Source: Chlorokybus atmophyticus (lineage: Eukaryota > Plantae > Mesostigma and Chlorokybus algae). From it: a stretch of 64,000 nucleotides of DNA. The translations under genes were made by a program, and so were the position numbers. Under the pieces are notes generated by a model that did no database searches, had not been told where the DNA came from, and saw only the letters and a list, made by a program, of their open reading frames with translations. Below, piece by piece: positions 1-13,423 of the stretch (position 1 is the stretch's first letter; every line of letters begins with the position of its first letter). Location of the stretch: NCBI GenBank assembly GCA_009103225.1, contig RHPI01000732.1, positions 46,482 through 110,481 on the forward strand. The letters are read 5' to 3'.

Positions 1-1418
1 GGGGGCGGGGGGGCGGGGCTGTATTCACAAAGAGGGGTTGTATTCGCACAACACGATGTATATATAAGCATACACACACACGCGCGCACGCGTGTGTGTA
101 TACATCGGTGTGCTTGCGTGCGTGTGTGTGCTCATCTCAAGGTCCTATCTTGGTGTCGTAGTTGACGAGACACCTACTAATGGCTGTAAGTCTTTGCGCA
201 TAAACTTAACAAGACGTTCAGCAAGTAGATTAATGTGCAAACGTTACGGAACGTCATTTATCATTTGACGTGATACTGCATTGATGACATGCATGTGAAG
301 AAACAATGTATTTAAATACTGTTCAATAATAAAGCACTTACAAGTATACAAGTTATTATGATACAATGTGCGTAAATAGCTTGCATATATACAAATATGT
401 AATTTTAATAGATATTCAAATGTATATACATAAAAAACGCAAATACCATATTTGCCAATACGATTGTGTAGTAAATCTAATATACAAGTATGTGTATCTA
501 AGCAACTTGTTTATGGTACATCACTGCTGTATATGCAAATAATGATATACTTAACATATACGTATATGTATGTACATATGAGTATGTATTTGTCAAACCA
601 TGTAATGATGTTCAAGCCATGATAATACGATACATGCGTAAGTTGTGCAGTTTATTATGTACACATGTCTAACACACTACGTTGCACCATATACGTGTAC
701 GCACACACGCGTTTTTTGGCGTGCCTGCATGCATGCTTGCGTGCATGCGTGTGTTACTTTTGTACCAAATTAAACATCATGAATAATTTATGACAATGAT
801 ATAACAGTTGATGAGGTTCTGCTTCAACCGGCTACTGGTTTCAAGTTCTCAGATTTTATTCAACATTGTTTGAATGCAAGTATACTACTGATAAACGCAG
901 CTGGTTGAAAAGGTATGTTATTATATTTATTGACAAGATGACATTATCCTACACACTTCACAGTGTGCAATGTGACATAACAAGCTAGCATGATAAACAC
1001 CTTCTTAAGGTAGTAAGCACCATATCATAATAATTGTGTTTACGAAGGTTTCAAAAAATGATGCGCAAAGCTCGGAATTGGATGCTATAATAGCTGTACA
1101 TTGACCACTCACGGCAAGGACGGTGCCGAGAATAGCAGAGGTGGTGGCGACCACAACGTACAGGTTGGTGCCCACTTCTATGCATTAACAACCTATACCA
1201 TACAATTTCCAAGTGATGATCGGAGTAGCGAAATCCCTAGCTATTGTAACGCGCATAACAAACGCGACCTCATTGTTTATGTGGACGTTTGGCACTCTCG
1301 CATAAACATGTATTGCTATCACGTTGAAAGGTTGAGGTGCTCTTTAGCAAAGTTAACCTGCTTCGACTCTGCACGTGTAAAGAAGCATGCTGAGTGTGCA
1401 AATGAAGAGAGGGGGCCA

Positions 1419-1435
1419 GGGGGGGGGGGGGGGGN

Positions 1436-1489
<54 letters not shown>
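1419..1489. repeat. Poly-G run containing an N (probable assembly join)
   Basis: About 70 G with an internal n at 1435; it explains the poly-Gly/poly-Pro ORFs in the track. Confidence 0.85.
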
Positions 1490-1490
<1 letters not shown>

Positions 1491-2691
1491 GACTGATGGT
1501 ATGAGGCATATGCATCACTCGATAGCTCATACTCAATGAGAAAGCTGATGCACCATTTCAAGAAGACCCTTGGTTTCTTGTAACGTTGCAATCATAACAT
1601 CTCTTGATTGTAGCCACTTCTTTCTGCATGACCTTTCGGGGTAGCTCCATGATTTGCAAGTCATGCTCTCTTTTGATTTCGATTTGCAAAAGTTGTATGG
1701 TATTGCGAAAGCTCTCAACGCCGGTCGCAGCTGCAATGACAGCCGCAAACACCAAACCTGTAATCTTTAACAACTCGGCATTTTATCGAACCCAACTGGG
1801 TGCCTTGTCGTGCGAAGTATGCACATTGATCTGCATACACATCAATCAGTTCATTGACGATGATAGAAAACATGTGCATATCAATAACACTCACATGGGC
1901 AGGCTCTGTGGAGGATCCACGCCGTGCACCCCTAACCAGCATCTGCAATTGCCATAGCATGTCAAGACTGCGTTACTGCATATGACGGACAGAATGTGTA
2001 GCCCAACTTTGTTATGCATCAAACATGTTGTTTGCAGCAATTGCGAGCTCTTCTCTTAGGATGCAAAGTGCGCTGTGTGACGGAGCAGTAAGCAAAAGCA
2101 CGTCAACACATATGCGTCAGCAAAGCGACGAAGCCTCGAACAGCGTTTGACTCGGCAAAAGCTAAGCTTACACGATAAGTCAAGCAAGAAAGGCAGCAAC
2201 ATGGCAAGGTGTGACTTGGCCATACTGCTACACAAGCAAGCGAGCAACACCCCCCTAACAACAAGTGCCGTAATCGTAATGACCTACACCGGTGGGATGG
2301 CAAAGATGCAATACGGCAACAGAACCCATATGCTTGTGAGAGGCTCTTGACCCCAGGGCTGTGTGATCGTTCAAAGGCGAGAGACTCTCCTGTGAGGCGC
2401 CGGTGCCAAGTCGCCTTACGCGCCCCGACATCCTGATGGACACGCACTTCACCCCACCTCTCAAGCTGCCAGGACTAGACTAGCAGCTGCAAGCCGCGCT
2501 CACTCCCCCCGCTCTTCCTCGCCCCAACTTACCGCCTGCCTGCTCCCCCTCCCCCTCCCCCTCCCCCTCCCCCTCCTCCTCCTCCTCCGCCGCCGCCGCT
2601 GCATCAACGCTGACAAGCCACTGTCGGACAATTGCAGGCTGAGTGAGTGTGCATTTGGCCCGACCAGGCCGTGAAGTTCAAGCCAGTCGGC

Positions 2692-4928
2692 ATGGCGGCG
2701 GCGGCGGCAGTGGCGGGGGCGGCGGCGGTGCAGCTGCCGAGGCGGCCACTGGGATCCACAGGCTTACAAGTGAGAGAAACGCACACAGTCTCTTTCGTCT
2801 CTCTCATGCAAGCCACGACTGCCACAATGAACACACACGCTGACGTGTCTGTGGAGTCTAGTATGCATGCATTGTGTGGTGCAACGCACATTGGTTGTGT
2901 GATTGGTAGGTGAGCGTGTTGGGGTTTGGGGGATCGCCTCTGGGCGGGGTGTTTGGGGACGTGGCGGAGGAGGACGGCGTGAGGGCGGTCCACGATGCCA
3001 TCGCCGCAGGCATCAACTACTTTGACACTTCACCGTACGAACACAACTTCCAACATCACATCCATGCATGCAAATCTCATCAGTCAGTCATGCTTGGTTC
3101 ATGACTTGCTTGCGTATTGGTTTTTGCATTGTGACAAAGCGGACAACGTTGGCCTTGTCACTGCAGCTTGTCACTGCAGCAAGCATACATAATACTTTAT
3201 TCATGGTCGCTGTATAGCCCTTGCGCATCACGAGTAGCAGTATAATGACACATGTACCTGCGCATGTGGGCGTGCGCGCGTGTGTTGTTTTCTTTAAAGA
3301 TGCCACCGATGCACTGCAAACACAAGCTTGTACCAAGTCTCGCATCCTTTTACATCACGCATCTATCTGTGCCTTGCGCTGTTCAGCTTCTACGGTCAGA
3401 CCAAGGCGGAGTCCGCCCTCGGCCGCGCGCTGAAATCCATCCCCCGCGACAAGTACATCCTCGCGACCAAGTGCGGTCGTTACGGCGCGTCCGATTTCGA
3501 CTTCAGCGCGGAGACGGTCACGCGCACCGCCCACGAGAGCCTCGCGAGACTGCAGGTGGATTATGTGGACGTCATGCAGGTTCATGATATCGAGTTTGGA
3601 GACCTGGATCAGGTGAGGAAGATGTGGGTGGGATGGTTGTATGTCAGGAGATGCGCGCACTTGAATGAAGAACACAAAAGCGTGCACATGCACACACACA
3701 AGAGCGCATGCGCACACATGCGCACATACACAAGCATGTATGCGGGCGTACGCACGCACATAGGCAAATTTGAGTACATGCAGTTACACACAGAGGCACA
3801 CATGCATGTGCGCAAATGCACATGTGTGTGCAGTACATGCACTGGCACATACACGTACATATGCACAAACACGCACGTGTATGCAGGCTTGTATGTAGTC
3901 GTCGCTTTTTATACCCCTTGCATCACACGGACATTGCCGTAATGCACACAACACCACTTGCATAATATCCCAACCTATGCCAGGTTGTGAACGAGACATT
4001 GCCTGCGCTGCAACGGCTGAAACAGGAGGGCAAGGCGCGTTTCATCGGGATCACGGGTCTGCCTCTGAAGGTGTACCGCTACGTGTTGGACCGTGTGGAG
4101 CCCGGCAGCGTCGACATGATCCTCTCGTACTGCCACAACACGCTCTTTGACACGTCACTGATCGACCTCGTGCCTTACCTCAAAGAGAAGAATGTTGGGA
4201 TCGTCAATGCGTCCCCACTGTGCATGGGACTATTGACACCCAACCCGCCGGATTGGCACCCGGCACCCAAAGAGCTGAAGGTCAGTGCTTGAGCTCCTTA
4301 ATGACATGTATTTGTGTTCTTACACTTGAGTGATTCAAGTCCAGCACATGCATGAACACATGTACTGATGGTTTGCGTATAGGCTTGTGCGTGTGCACGC
4401 GTGATAACATGCTCATACTGCGTACACAGTGGAACATGCGCACGCGAGTACACACTTGTCTCACGCACCCTCGCGCGCACGCACGCATGCACGCATGCAT
4501 GCAAATGCATGCATGTGCGCGCGTATGCCTGCGCACCCAACTAGGCACACATGCCCCACACACGTGCACACGTACACAAATGGATGCGCACATGCACGCG
4601 ACCAACTGCAGAATCAATGACATGTCAAGCAACGCTGTCTCATACACACGCGCAGGAGGTGTGTCCTCGCGCAGTGAAGCTGGTCCAGGATCGCGGCCAG
4701 GACATGGTCGCTCTCGCTCTTCGCGAGTCGATGCGTAGCCCCGATGTGGCCACAACACTTGTCGGGATGCGGCACCCGGACGAGGTGCGACGCAACGTGC
4801 AATCGGCACTAGATGGCCTATCGCTCGACTCGCGCGCGAGAGACAAAGGCATCCTGGAGGAGTTGGAGGAAATGTTCCGACCCGTTCGGAATATGAGCTG
4901 GCCAAGCGGCCTCCCTGAAAACAATTGA
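2692..4928 (+). CDS. GalDH: L-galactose dehydrogenase (aldo-keto reductase family, ascorbate biosynthesis), 5 exons
   Basis: Spliced exons at ~2692-2769, 2911-3034, 3389-3612, 3985-4280 and 4656-4928, with GT-AG introns. Peptides: LPRRPLGSTGLQ|VSVLGFGGSPLGGVFG..GINYFDTSP|FYGQTKAESALG..ILATKCGRYG..QVHDIEFGDLDQ|VVNETLPAL..FIGITGLPL..NASPLCMGLLT..PDWHPAP|..TTLVGM..WPSGLPENN*. These match the plant GalDH pattern. Confidence 0.92.
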
Positions 4929-5348
4929 TGTATCGAATAGGTTGCGAGTTGCAACCATGTGGTTCAGTTAAACAGTTGGCATTTTTTGTGAGAAAAACAA
5001 AATCAGCGCCGAAACTGCACACGTCAACATCACTCGATCGCACATACACAGGTAGATAGTGAGTGCGACGACAGCCCGGTGGTGAGTGTAGATGCTTGGT
5101 GATGTGGTGAGATGGCTTGAGTTGCACGTGTCACACTCCCATGCATGCCACAGCTTCTTGCATCCCATCTGCTAAACAGACGACTGTACTGTCAACCGAT
5201 CTCAACATTACGTGTACTCCAACAGTGGCAGCAAGCAAATGCGGTTGACATTAGCATCTGCTAGCAAATGATTCAAATGCTAGCAAGCTACATTTGAATC
5301 AATACCACATTATGCATACAATGTCTTGTCAATGTACCACTAGCGAGC

Positions 5349-8300
5349 TCACAGCTCTCCTTCGAGTGTGCCATACCCGCCCCCTCCCGGCGTCTCAATC
5401 CGAAATCTGTCTCCCGGCTCCACCCGCACCGAGTTCTTCCCTCCAAGATTGGTCACAACCTCACCCTCTTCTTCACCTTTCACACTCTTATCTGATAATT
5501 TCTTGGTCTCACTCCCCGCCGTGTGCGTGTCGTCCATCACGACCCTCGCGGCCACCGCCCGTCGCGGACGTATCAACAGGTTAAGCCCGGGTTGGCCAGG
5601 CTCACCGCCCAACAACCCGCATGGCCGATACGCGCGACGCTCGGAGAGGATGTTGGCCGTCATCGCACGCCGAAACTCAACCTGTGTGTTTGTGTGTGTG
5701 CGTGTGCGCATGTGTCTGCGTATGAGTGCGTGCGTGCGCGCTCGTGTACATGTTTGCACGCTTGTATCTGTGCGCGTGCATGAGATTGCACTTGGTTCTA
5801 AGGACCTTTGCGCGTTTAAGTGCGTACGTGCATACGTGCGTGCATGCATGCATGCAACTTCACAATATTGCAGTGAAGTTCATCACTCACCTCTCTTATG
5901 AGGCCGTCCCCTCCGTTGTATTTGCCCCTCCCGCCCGAGCCTCTTCTGAACGAGAACTCGCGCAGCAGCACGGGGTAGCGCCGCTCGAGGATCTCGGGGT
6001 CGGTGATGCGCGTGTTGGTCATGTGGACCTGTATCCCGGACGTCCCATGCCATGAAGGACCTGATACGAAGATCGGTTATTGTTGAACATGGATCGTGAG
6101 AACTTTATGTGGCTTTATATCTGATACATTACCTGCCCCATAGCCTCCGCCGATGGTTTCATAGAAGCCAAAAGTCTCGTCGCCAAATGTGAAGTTGTTC
6201 ATGCAGCCTTGCGCGCAAGCACACGCACGGAAGGCCTGTGAGTGGGGGAAAGACTGAGTCTCACATACGCAATATGAGAGAAAAGCAAAGATATACAAGA
6301 TGCCCAACCTGGAAGATGACGTCGGTGACGCGCTGCGAGGTGAGGACGTTCCCGCCGACCACGGCCATGCCGTCGGACGGCGAGAGCAGCGTGAAGGGTG
6401 GGATGGTCACCGTGATGGGCGCCATGCAACCCTGAGGTGAGGACCATTTTTTTTCAACATACCCTTAATATAGCTCACACACACGTACACACACATGCAC
6501 ACGCGCATTTGCATCGCGTACGCATTGCCACACGCACACGCACACTTGCTCTCACCTGATTGAGGGGTATGTCACTCGCAACCAGACACCTCGCAGCGTA
6601 TATCACCGCGGCCAGCGCCACGGCCCGCGGCGCGTTCCAGTTGCCAAGCACCTGTCACACACAAACACACACGCACAGTTGCAAACAAACACCCACCAAA
6701 AGCACGCGACACGTTGTCTGGCTGCGTGATGTGTACCTGCGGGCCGGTGCCCGTGAAGTCAAAGTGACACGTCCCTTTGGGCCGGTCGATAGTGAGTTTG
6801 AGGCGAATCGGAGAGCCGTCGTCCATGAAGTCCTCAGCCTCAAGGCTACCAACCTAAGAGAAGGAGTATGCGTGTGCGTGCTTTGCAGCTTTGACACGCA
6901 TGATGACACACAAACCCACACTGACAGACAGACTCTGCAAATGAAAGGCCACCTCTGGCAGCTTCTGTTCGAGAGAGAGCTTCCGCAATACAGCTTGCAC
7001 GGCGTCCGCCGCGTTGGCCTGCGTACGAGCCCACCTCATGAATGTGTGTTATTGTGCGCGTGCACGCGCGCGCATGCACACCTGCACGTGTCGCATGTAG
7101 GCGTGTACGACATTGAGCCCGTGCGAAGCGATCAACTCCTGTATCAGCCCGATGCCCTTGTGGTTCGCAGCCACCTGATGAACACAACAGATCATTGCAT
7201 CATCTCAACTTGTGCTGCTGATACACGAGACGACACCAGTGACCACGACAGCCATTCTCACCTGTGCCTTCAAGTCCGATAGGTTGTCCGAGAGACGCCG
7301 CGTGCCGGAGATGGCAGGCTCTCCTGTGTGTTGATGTGTTGATGTGTCAACCACACGATGATCGCACTACAAGTCAGCATCCGATTACCTTCAGCCCTTC
7401 TGACTCTCCCTGGAGCCAGCAGCGCCTCCGTGATGCGCTCCTCCTGAAACTCCCCGCCATCAACCTGCCAACGTAGTGTGGCATGTGTGAAACTCCTTTG
7501 TGTTAATCAGCGCACGCGCGTGCGTGCGTGCGTGCCAACATTGCGCACCAGCTTGAGCGCGAGTATCGGTGCGCCCTCTTCTTCGAGAGTCTTCGAGAAG
7601 GGCGGCATCGAGCCGGGAGTGAGCCCGCCGATATCCGCATGGTGGGCCCGGCTCGCAACCCAAAACACGATCTCCGCGTCCGCTGCGCGCGCACGTAAAG
7701 CGAGTCAGCGAGTGCAAGACTTGACACATTTTGTGTTGTTTTTAGTTGAGACTCTCACTGTCATCTTTGCTGGCATCCTGGCGGAACACGGGCGTGATGA
7801 CGGTGATGTCGGGAAGGTGGCTGCCGCCCGCACTCGGATGGTTGGTGCAAAGAACGTCGCCGGGCCTCAACCTCCCACCTGGTGGTGCACACATACAACA
7901 CAAGGTCACATGATGGCGTGCGTGCGCGCGCGCGCGCGTATGTGCATGATGACAAGCCAACGCCTTACGCCAGTGGTTGCGCTGCCATTTGACGGTCTCT
8001 GCCATGGCGCCGAGGTGGACGGGCACGTGGGGTGCGTTGGCGACGAGGCCTCCGTCCGGGTCGAACAGCGCGCACGAGAAGTCCAGACGCTCCTTGATGT
8101 TGGTGCTGATCGCCGTGCGCTGCAGCATACGACCCATCTGCTCCGCTATGCCCATGAACCGATGCCCAAATATGCTCAACCTGCCCAACACAAACAAGAC
8201 TCACGCACACGCACACGCGCACGCGCATGTATACACATGCACGCGCGTGTAAGTACATAGCCACGCATGCGCGTACAAATGCACGCACAAGCACACGTGC

Positions 8301-11300
8301 GTGCGTGCGCGTGTGCTTGTGCACGCCAAGGTATCTCCACTTATCCCTTCACTCACTGTATGAGGTCGAGCTCTGTGGACATTCCCCCTTGGCTCTGCTC
8401 ATGCAGCACGATGCGCACGTCTCCTTCCGATGTAATAGTGGCTTCGCAGCCGGGCTCAAGCACGATCGCGCCACCCTTCATCATGATCAGCGCAGGGCCA
8501 TCAACCTGCGACGCAACAATTGTTGTGCAAAATTGTAAGATATATGCACACCCACTCACACGCGCGCGCACACACACCTTCTGTTCTGCTCGGAGGTTGT
8601 CGAGGTGATACACGGGTGTATCTTGCCACCCGTTCTCAAAGTAACACGACTGTTTCATAAGCGCCTCCGGCGTGGTGCCGGGCGCGGACTCGATGTGAGC
8701 CTTCTTCAGGCCCGGGGACTTGCCCATCCCGCGCACGCGAATGTCGTCCACTATCACACTTCTTCCCTATGTGTATCAACACTTGAGACAAGGAGTGGTT
8801 GTGCACGCGACTCGCTCGCACGCACGCACGCACGTACCTTGAGATCAAACCCGAACTCGCGGCGGTATCGCTCAACCAAACCCGCCATGCACTCATCATA
8901 CACTTCCTCAGCCGAACCCTTTCCACTTCCTGCAACCACCCCAACCCCCATCACACCCCCGCCCACATTAACACCCTCACCCACCCACACCCAACCTACC
9001 TTCCGACAGCGTGATCATCATGGACGTGTCCGTCCCGTCGTATCGCAGGTTGAGGAATCGCTGGATCTCGATGTCGCTGGCCTGCCTGTGGCCCTGCTTG
9101 GCCAGCGCGTCGCCCGCGCGGGAAGCGAGATGGCCGAGACGAGAAAGGAGAGACGGGACTTCGGATGGAGACAGCGTCACTGAACAAGGCTCCTGCACAC
9201 GGCGATGGGGAGCTGTTCAGATGCTTGTGTACAACCCAACATTTACAACACGTTGCTGAGTGCATCACGCATACATATGCATGCACACGCACGCATACAA
9301 GCGCGCACACGCACATACACGCGAGTACACGCATGCACACGCGCACACAGACATTTGCGCGCGCGTGCACACCTGCACGCGCATACCCACCCACCCACCT
9401 GCTCTTCGGCAACGATATCCGCCAGACCCATGCCGTACGCGCTGAGTATGCCACAGTGCCGATGCACAAACACCTGCTTCATCCCTAGCGCGCGGGCGAT
9501 CGCGCAGGCGTGCTGACCACCTGAGCGACGAGACACACAGTGAGCATGGAAGAGAAGTCAGCCGAACAACCCAACAATAGACACACTAGACACACTGAGA
9601 AATCAGTCACACGCTGAGCATGAGAGCGAGCACAACAACCAACATGACAACACAGACAGTTGTGCTCACCGGCGCCCCCGAAGCACGCCAGTATGTGGTC
9701 CGCGGGATCATGTCCCCGCGCCTCCGACAGCTCCCTTATCGGCCGACACATCGCCTCATTCGCCACACGCAAGAACCCGTACGCGACCTCCTCGGGCGAC
9801 ATATCGCTCTGTCCCCTTGCTCCATTGATCTCATCTAGTGACAGTACATGTTGGGTGTCAACAGACACAACATACCCCCATGTACCCACATATACCTGTA
9901 AGTTGTGCCATGGCTGTTCTGGATGCTTCGATGTCGAGCGGCTGGTCCTCGTCGGGTCCGAAGATGGACGGGAAGAACTGCGGGAGGAGTCGACCGAGCA
10001 CGAGGTTGGCGTCCGTCACGGCGAGAGAACCGCCCTTGCGGTAGCAGACGGGGCCGGGATGCGCGCCGACAGACTCGGGACCGACCTATGTGCCAATCAA
10101 GGAATCAAGGAGTGACGCAATGCGTGTTTACGGACATGTGCGTGTGCATGCGTGCATGTGGGCGTGCACCGTGCATGCATGCATACTTCTGTATGTGGGT
10201 GAGTGCGTGCGCACGTGTGTACGTGTGTGCGCATGTGTGTGCGAAAAGAGAAAGCCTGCGTGTGTGCGCGAGAAAGCAAGTGTGCATACGCATGCACATG
10301 AGCGTGCGCGTGTGGTTGCCACTCACCGAGAACACGCCATTGCGGAACTGAAGTCGCGAACCACCGCCAGCCGCGACGGTGTTGATATCCAGCTGGGGCG
10401 CTTGGATCGTGACTCCGGCCGTGACGGTCTCGTACACGTGCTCAAAGGCCCCGTCGTAGCGGGACACGTCCGTGCTCGTGCCGCCCATATCAAAGCCAAC
10501 AACCGGCTTTCTGTTCCCATCATCAGGCTGGCACAATGAACGAGTACGTAAGCAGTATGTGACACCAAATGCACGCGCACGCAAATGCACACACGTGCGC
10601 GGGCACACACACACTGTTGCCCTTGCCTGGCTGTCGAAGGCTGTGCGCGCGAACCCCACGACGCCGCCAGCCGGTCCGGACAGCACCGCGCGGAAGCCGT
10701 AGAACGTGCTCGCGGGCGTGAGGCCGCCGTCGCTCTGCATAAAGTACACAGGCACCTGCGCACGTGACGCACTAGCAGTAAGCGAGAGTTAAACAATGAC
10801 ACAAGCGTGCAACAAGCCTGCACACATGTCTATGGGAATACATGCTCGAATGTATGTGTACGCATCTGCATACATGTGTCTGTATGCTTGCGCACACAGC
10901 ATCTGTATTTGAACTTGCGTGTCAGCACAGCTGTGTTTGAGAGCGTGCACGCACTGTGGCATATTCACACGTGCAAATGTACGAATATGTACAAACACAT
11001 CATTGCTGTGCTCGTGCGTACATGCACACATGTGTACGCGAGCAACTATGCACATGTATGCATCTACACGCCTACCCACATTCCCCTTCTCACCTTCTCC
11101 CTCATCCTCTCATCAAAGCCCTCATAGAACCCCCGTATATACTCCCTGATCCCGGGCGTCAGGTATGCGTCGACGACGGCCGTTATCCCGCGGGGCACGA
11201 CTTTCACCATGGGCATGAGGTCGGAGGAGACGGAGACGTGGGAGAAGCCGAGGGAACGGGCGAGGGAGAGGACGAGGAGCTCGTGGGAGGGGAAGGTGAA

Positions 11301-12483
11301 GGAGTGGAGGAGGACGATCGCGAGGGAGGAGATGCCGGAGGCGCGGAGGGTTTGGAGCTCGGATCTCAAGGCGTCCAAGTCGGGGGCTTTGATAACCTGG
11401 AGAAGAGTGTGTGTGCGTGCGCGACCGTATGCGCGTGCACGGGCGTGCCTGCACACGCGCGTGCGCGCACACGTGTGCATTTGTGGGCACATTTTGCGTA
11501 CGCGCGTGTGTGGGTACCTCAACATGCCAACATGGCAATGCGTACCTCCACATCTTCGCCGGCGACTCCCGCAACTACTTTGCCTGTGCCATAGCCATTA
11601 CGTGCGAGGCACACGCGCTCGTCGCACTCGACGGCGTGCTCGTACAGCACGCCGGCTCGCCTCGCTTGCAAGTCGAATATGTTTGGCCGCGACTGCGAGC
11701 AATAACACCACAACACCACATCGCATGTATGTAGTGATGGCTTGTGTCATGACAAGCGGTTACTTATCTCAACAGCTGTGCACCTGATTGCCGATCTCCA
11801 ACAGATCCCGAAAGCCTTTTGTGATGACTAGAGCGCAACGCTCGCCCTTTCTCTCCAACAGATTGTTTGTCGCCACAGTCGTGCCTACACAAACAGTCAC
11901 CGTGCTTGAATACAAACCACCTTGTACACGCACGCACGCATTACACTCGGTCACGCTCACCCATGCGCACGCTGTCAATGCGGCTGCTGTCGACCGGCTT
12001 GTTGCGCGGCAACTTTGCACCCGTGACATCCTCGAGGATGCGCCTTATCCCCTGCACACACGCACCAACACCTGAGTGCGGTGTGTCACTGACACACCGC
12101 ACTCAAGACCCTTTAAAACCGTTTCCGAACCAGCTCACCTCCACGCAGGCATCCCCATAATTGCTGGGATCCACCGAAAGCAGCTTCAGCGTCCTCTCCT
12201 CACTGCGGCAAGTTGGTGTGAGTTGATTAATATGGCGATGGAAAGAATTGGGGGCGCTCGTTTGATGCATGCATGTATGCATGCACCGCCATCACATTTT
12301 CGGACTAACTGATTGATTTGACTGATGCTCTATTGAGTGATGTATTGCTGTGTGGTGTTACCTGGGGTTTCCTTGGGCGTCGAATACTTCTGCGTAGATG
12401 TCTGTGAATGTGCCGCCCCTGTCTATGCAAAACCGCACCTTACCACGGCTACTACCACTTCGACTGCTGTCCCCCTCGTCCAT
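5349..12483 (-). CDS. OXP1: 5-oxoprolinase (ATP-hydrolysing; hydantoinase A + B domains), about 20 exons
   Basis: Starts [32 protein letters not shown]. Continues [154 protein letters not shown]. Ends [12 protein letters not shown] (TGA at 5349-5351). Confidence 0.95.
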
Positions 12484-12710
12484 GTGTGGATGCGTGAGTG
12501 CTTAACCTCTCGTGACGGATACTGAGACTGAGACTCAGACTCAGACAAAGCAATCACCCCTATCAACTGTGTAAAGGAGGCTGCTGCCGCCGCCGCCGCC
12601 GCCGCTGAGGTGTGGGGTGGTCCGTGTTGTGTACCCACTTCAGCTTTTGGGGGCCGTGCACCAAGTTGTGTTGCGTGGCCTACTGGTACAGTCTACGCGG
12701 CTTATAAGTA

Positions 12711-13173
12711 CAGTCTACCCCCGTTATAAGAATCACGTTTATCTTTGAGCTTTCATTCCGCTAACGGGGTTATTCTCTTGGCGCTTATAAGAGTATATAT
12801 TCTTCTATCGTTTAAAGAATATATATTCTGTTAATGGGGGTATCGACCGATAACCTCAAACCACGTCATTATTTGCTGACGTGGCAGAATTCAGATTCAT
12901 GTTTCCTCTATACATCATACAATACAATATATGTACTTAATAATTTAATTTATATATTCTAATATCAACAAGATAATCATGCCATTAACAAGGTATTCCC
13001 CCGTTATAAGACTGAGCCCACTTAAATTTTCAAGCCTTCTCTTTGATCTTATTACGTACAGGACTATTCCACTAACCGAAGATATTTGCCTGTAAAACCA
13101 TTGGTCTTTTGATAATCCATGATCTTAGCGGGGTTATTCCCCTAAAGCGAAGTCTTTTAAGGGGGGTAGACTG
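12711..13173. mobile_element. 463-bp AT-rich MITE / non-autonomous pogo-family element nested in the left end of the larger element
   Basis: TIRs CAGTCTACCCCCGTTATAAG (12711-12730) and CTTTTAAGGGGGGTAGACTG (13154-13173) are 18/20 complementary. TA at 12709-12710 and 13174-13175. No ORF inside. Confidence 0.8.
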
Positions 13174-13423
13174 TATCGTCTTTGTAAGTATAAATGACCC
13201 ATAAACACATTTCTGGCGGGGTCCAATGGTTTCTTAGGCACATTCCGTTGGTTATAGGTAATACTTATGGCCACATAAACATAGTATTTTTTTGCGAAAT
13301 TCTGGTAGCTTTGCCAGAGAGGATACTTATAAGGAGAAGTTTGCTGCTCGCAGCAGCATAACAACGTCGCAACGTCACGCTACTTTGCGTGACGTCGCTG
13401 CGCCTGTGCGTCACGCGGCAGAG

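Noticed and set aside
1101-1591. Poly-Gly/poly-Pro ORFs
   Set aside because: Produced by the poly-G run containing an N.
3609-11787. Numerous Cys/His/Arg/Val-rich ORFs (CVCARV, HTHAH) on both strands
   Set aside because: Translations of intronic (TG/CA/CG)n tracts or antisense frames of real exons, not metal-binding proteins.
2692-12483. GalDH (ascorbate synthesis) convergent with OXP1 (glutathione turnover), suggesting a redox gene cluster
   Set aside because: Only two genes, tail-to-tail with no shared promoter; chance adjacency is sufficient.
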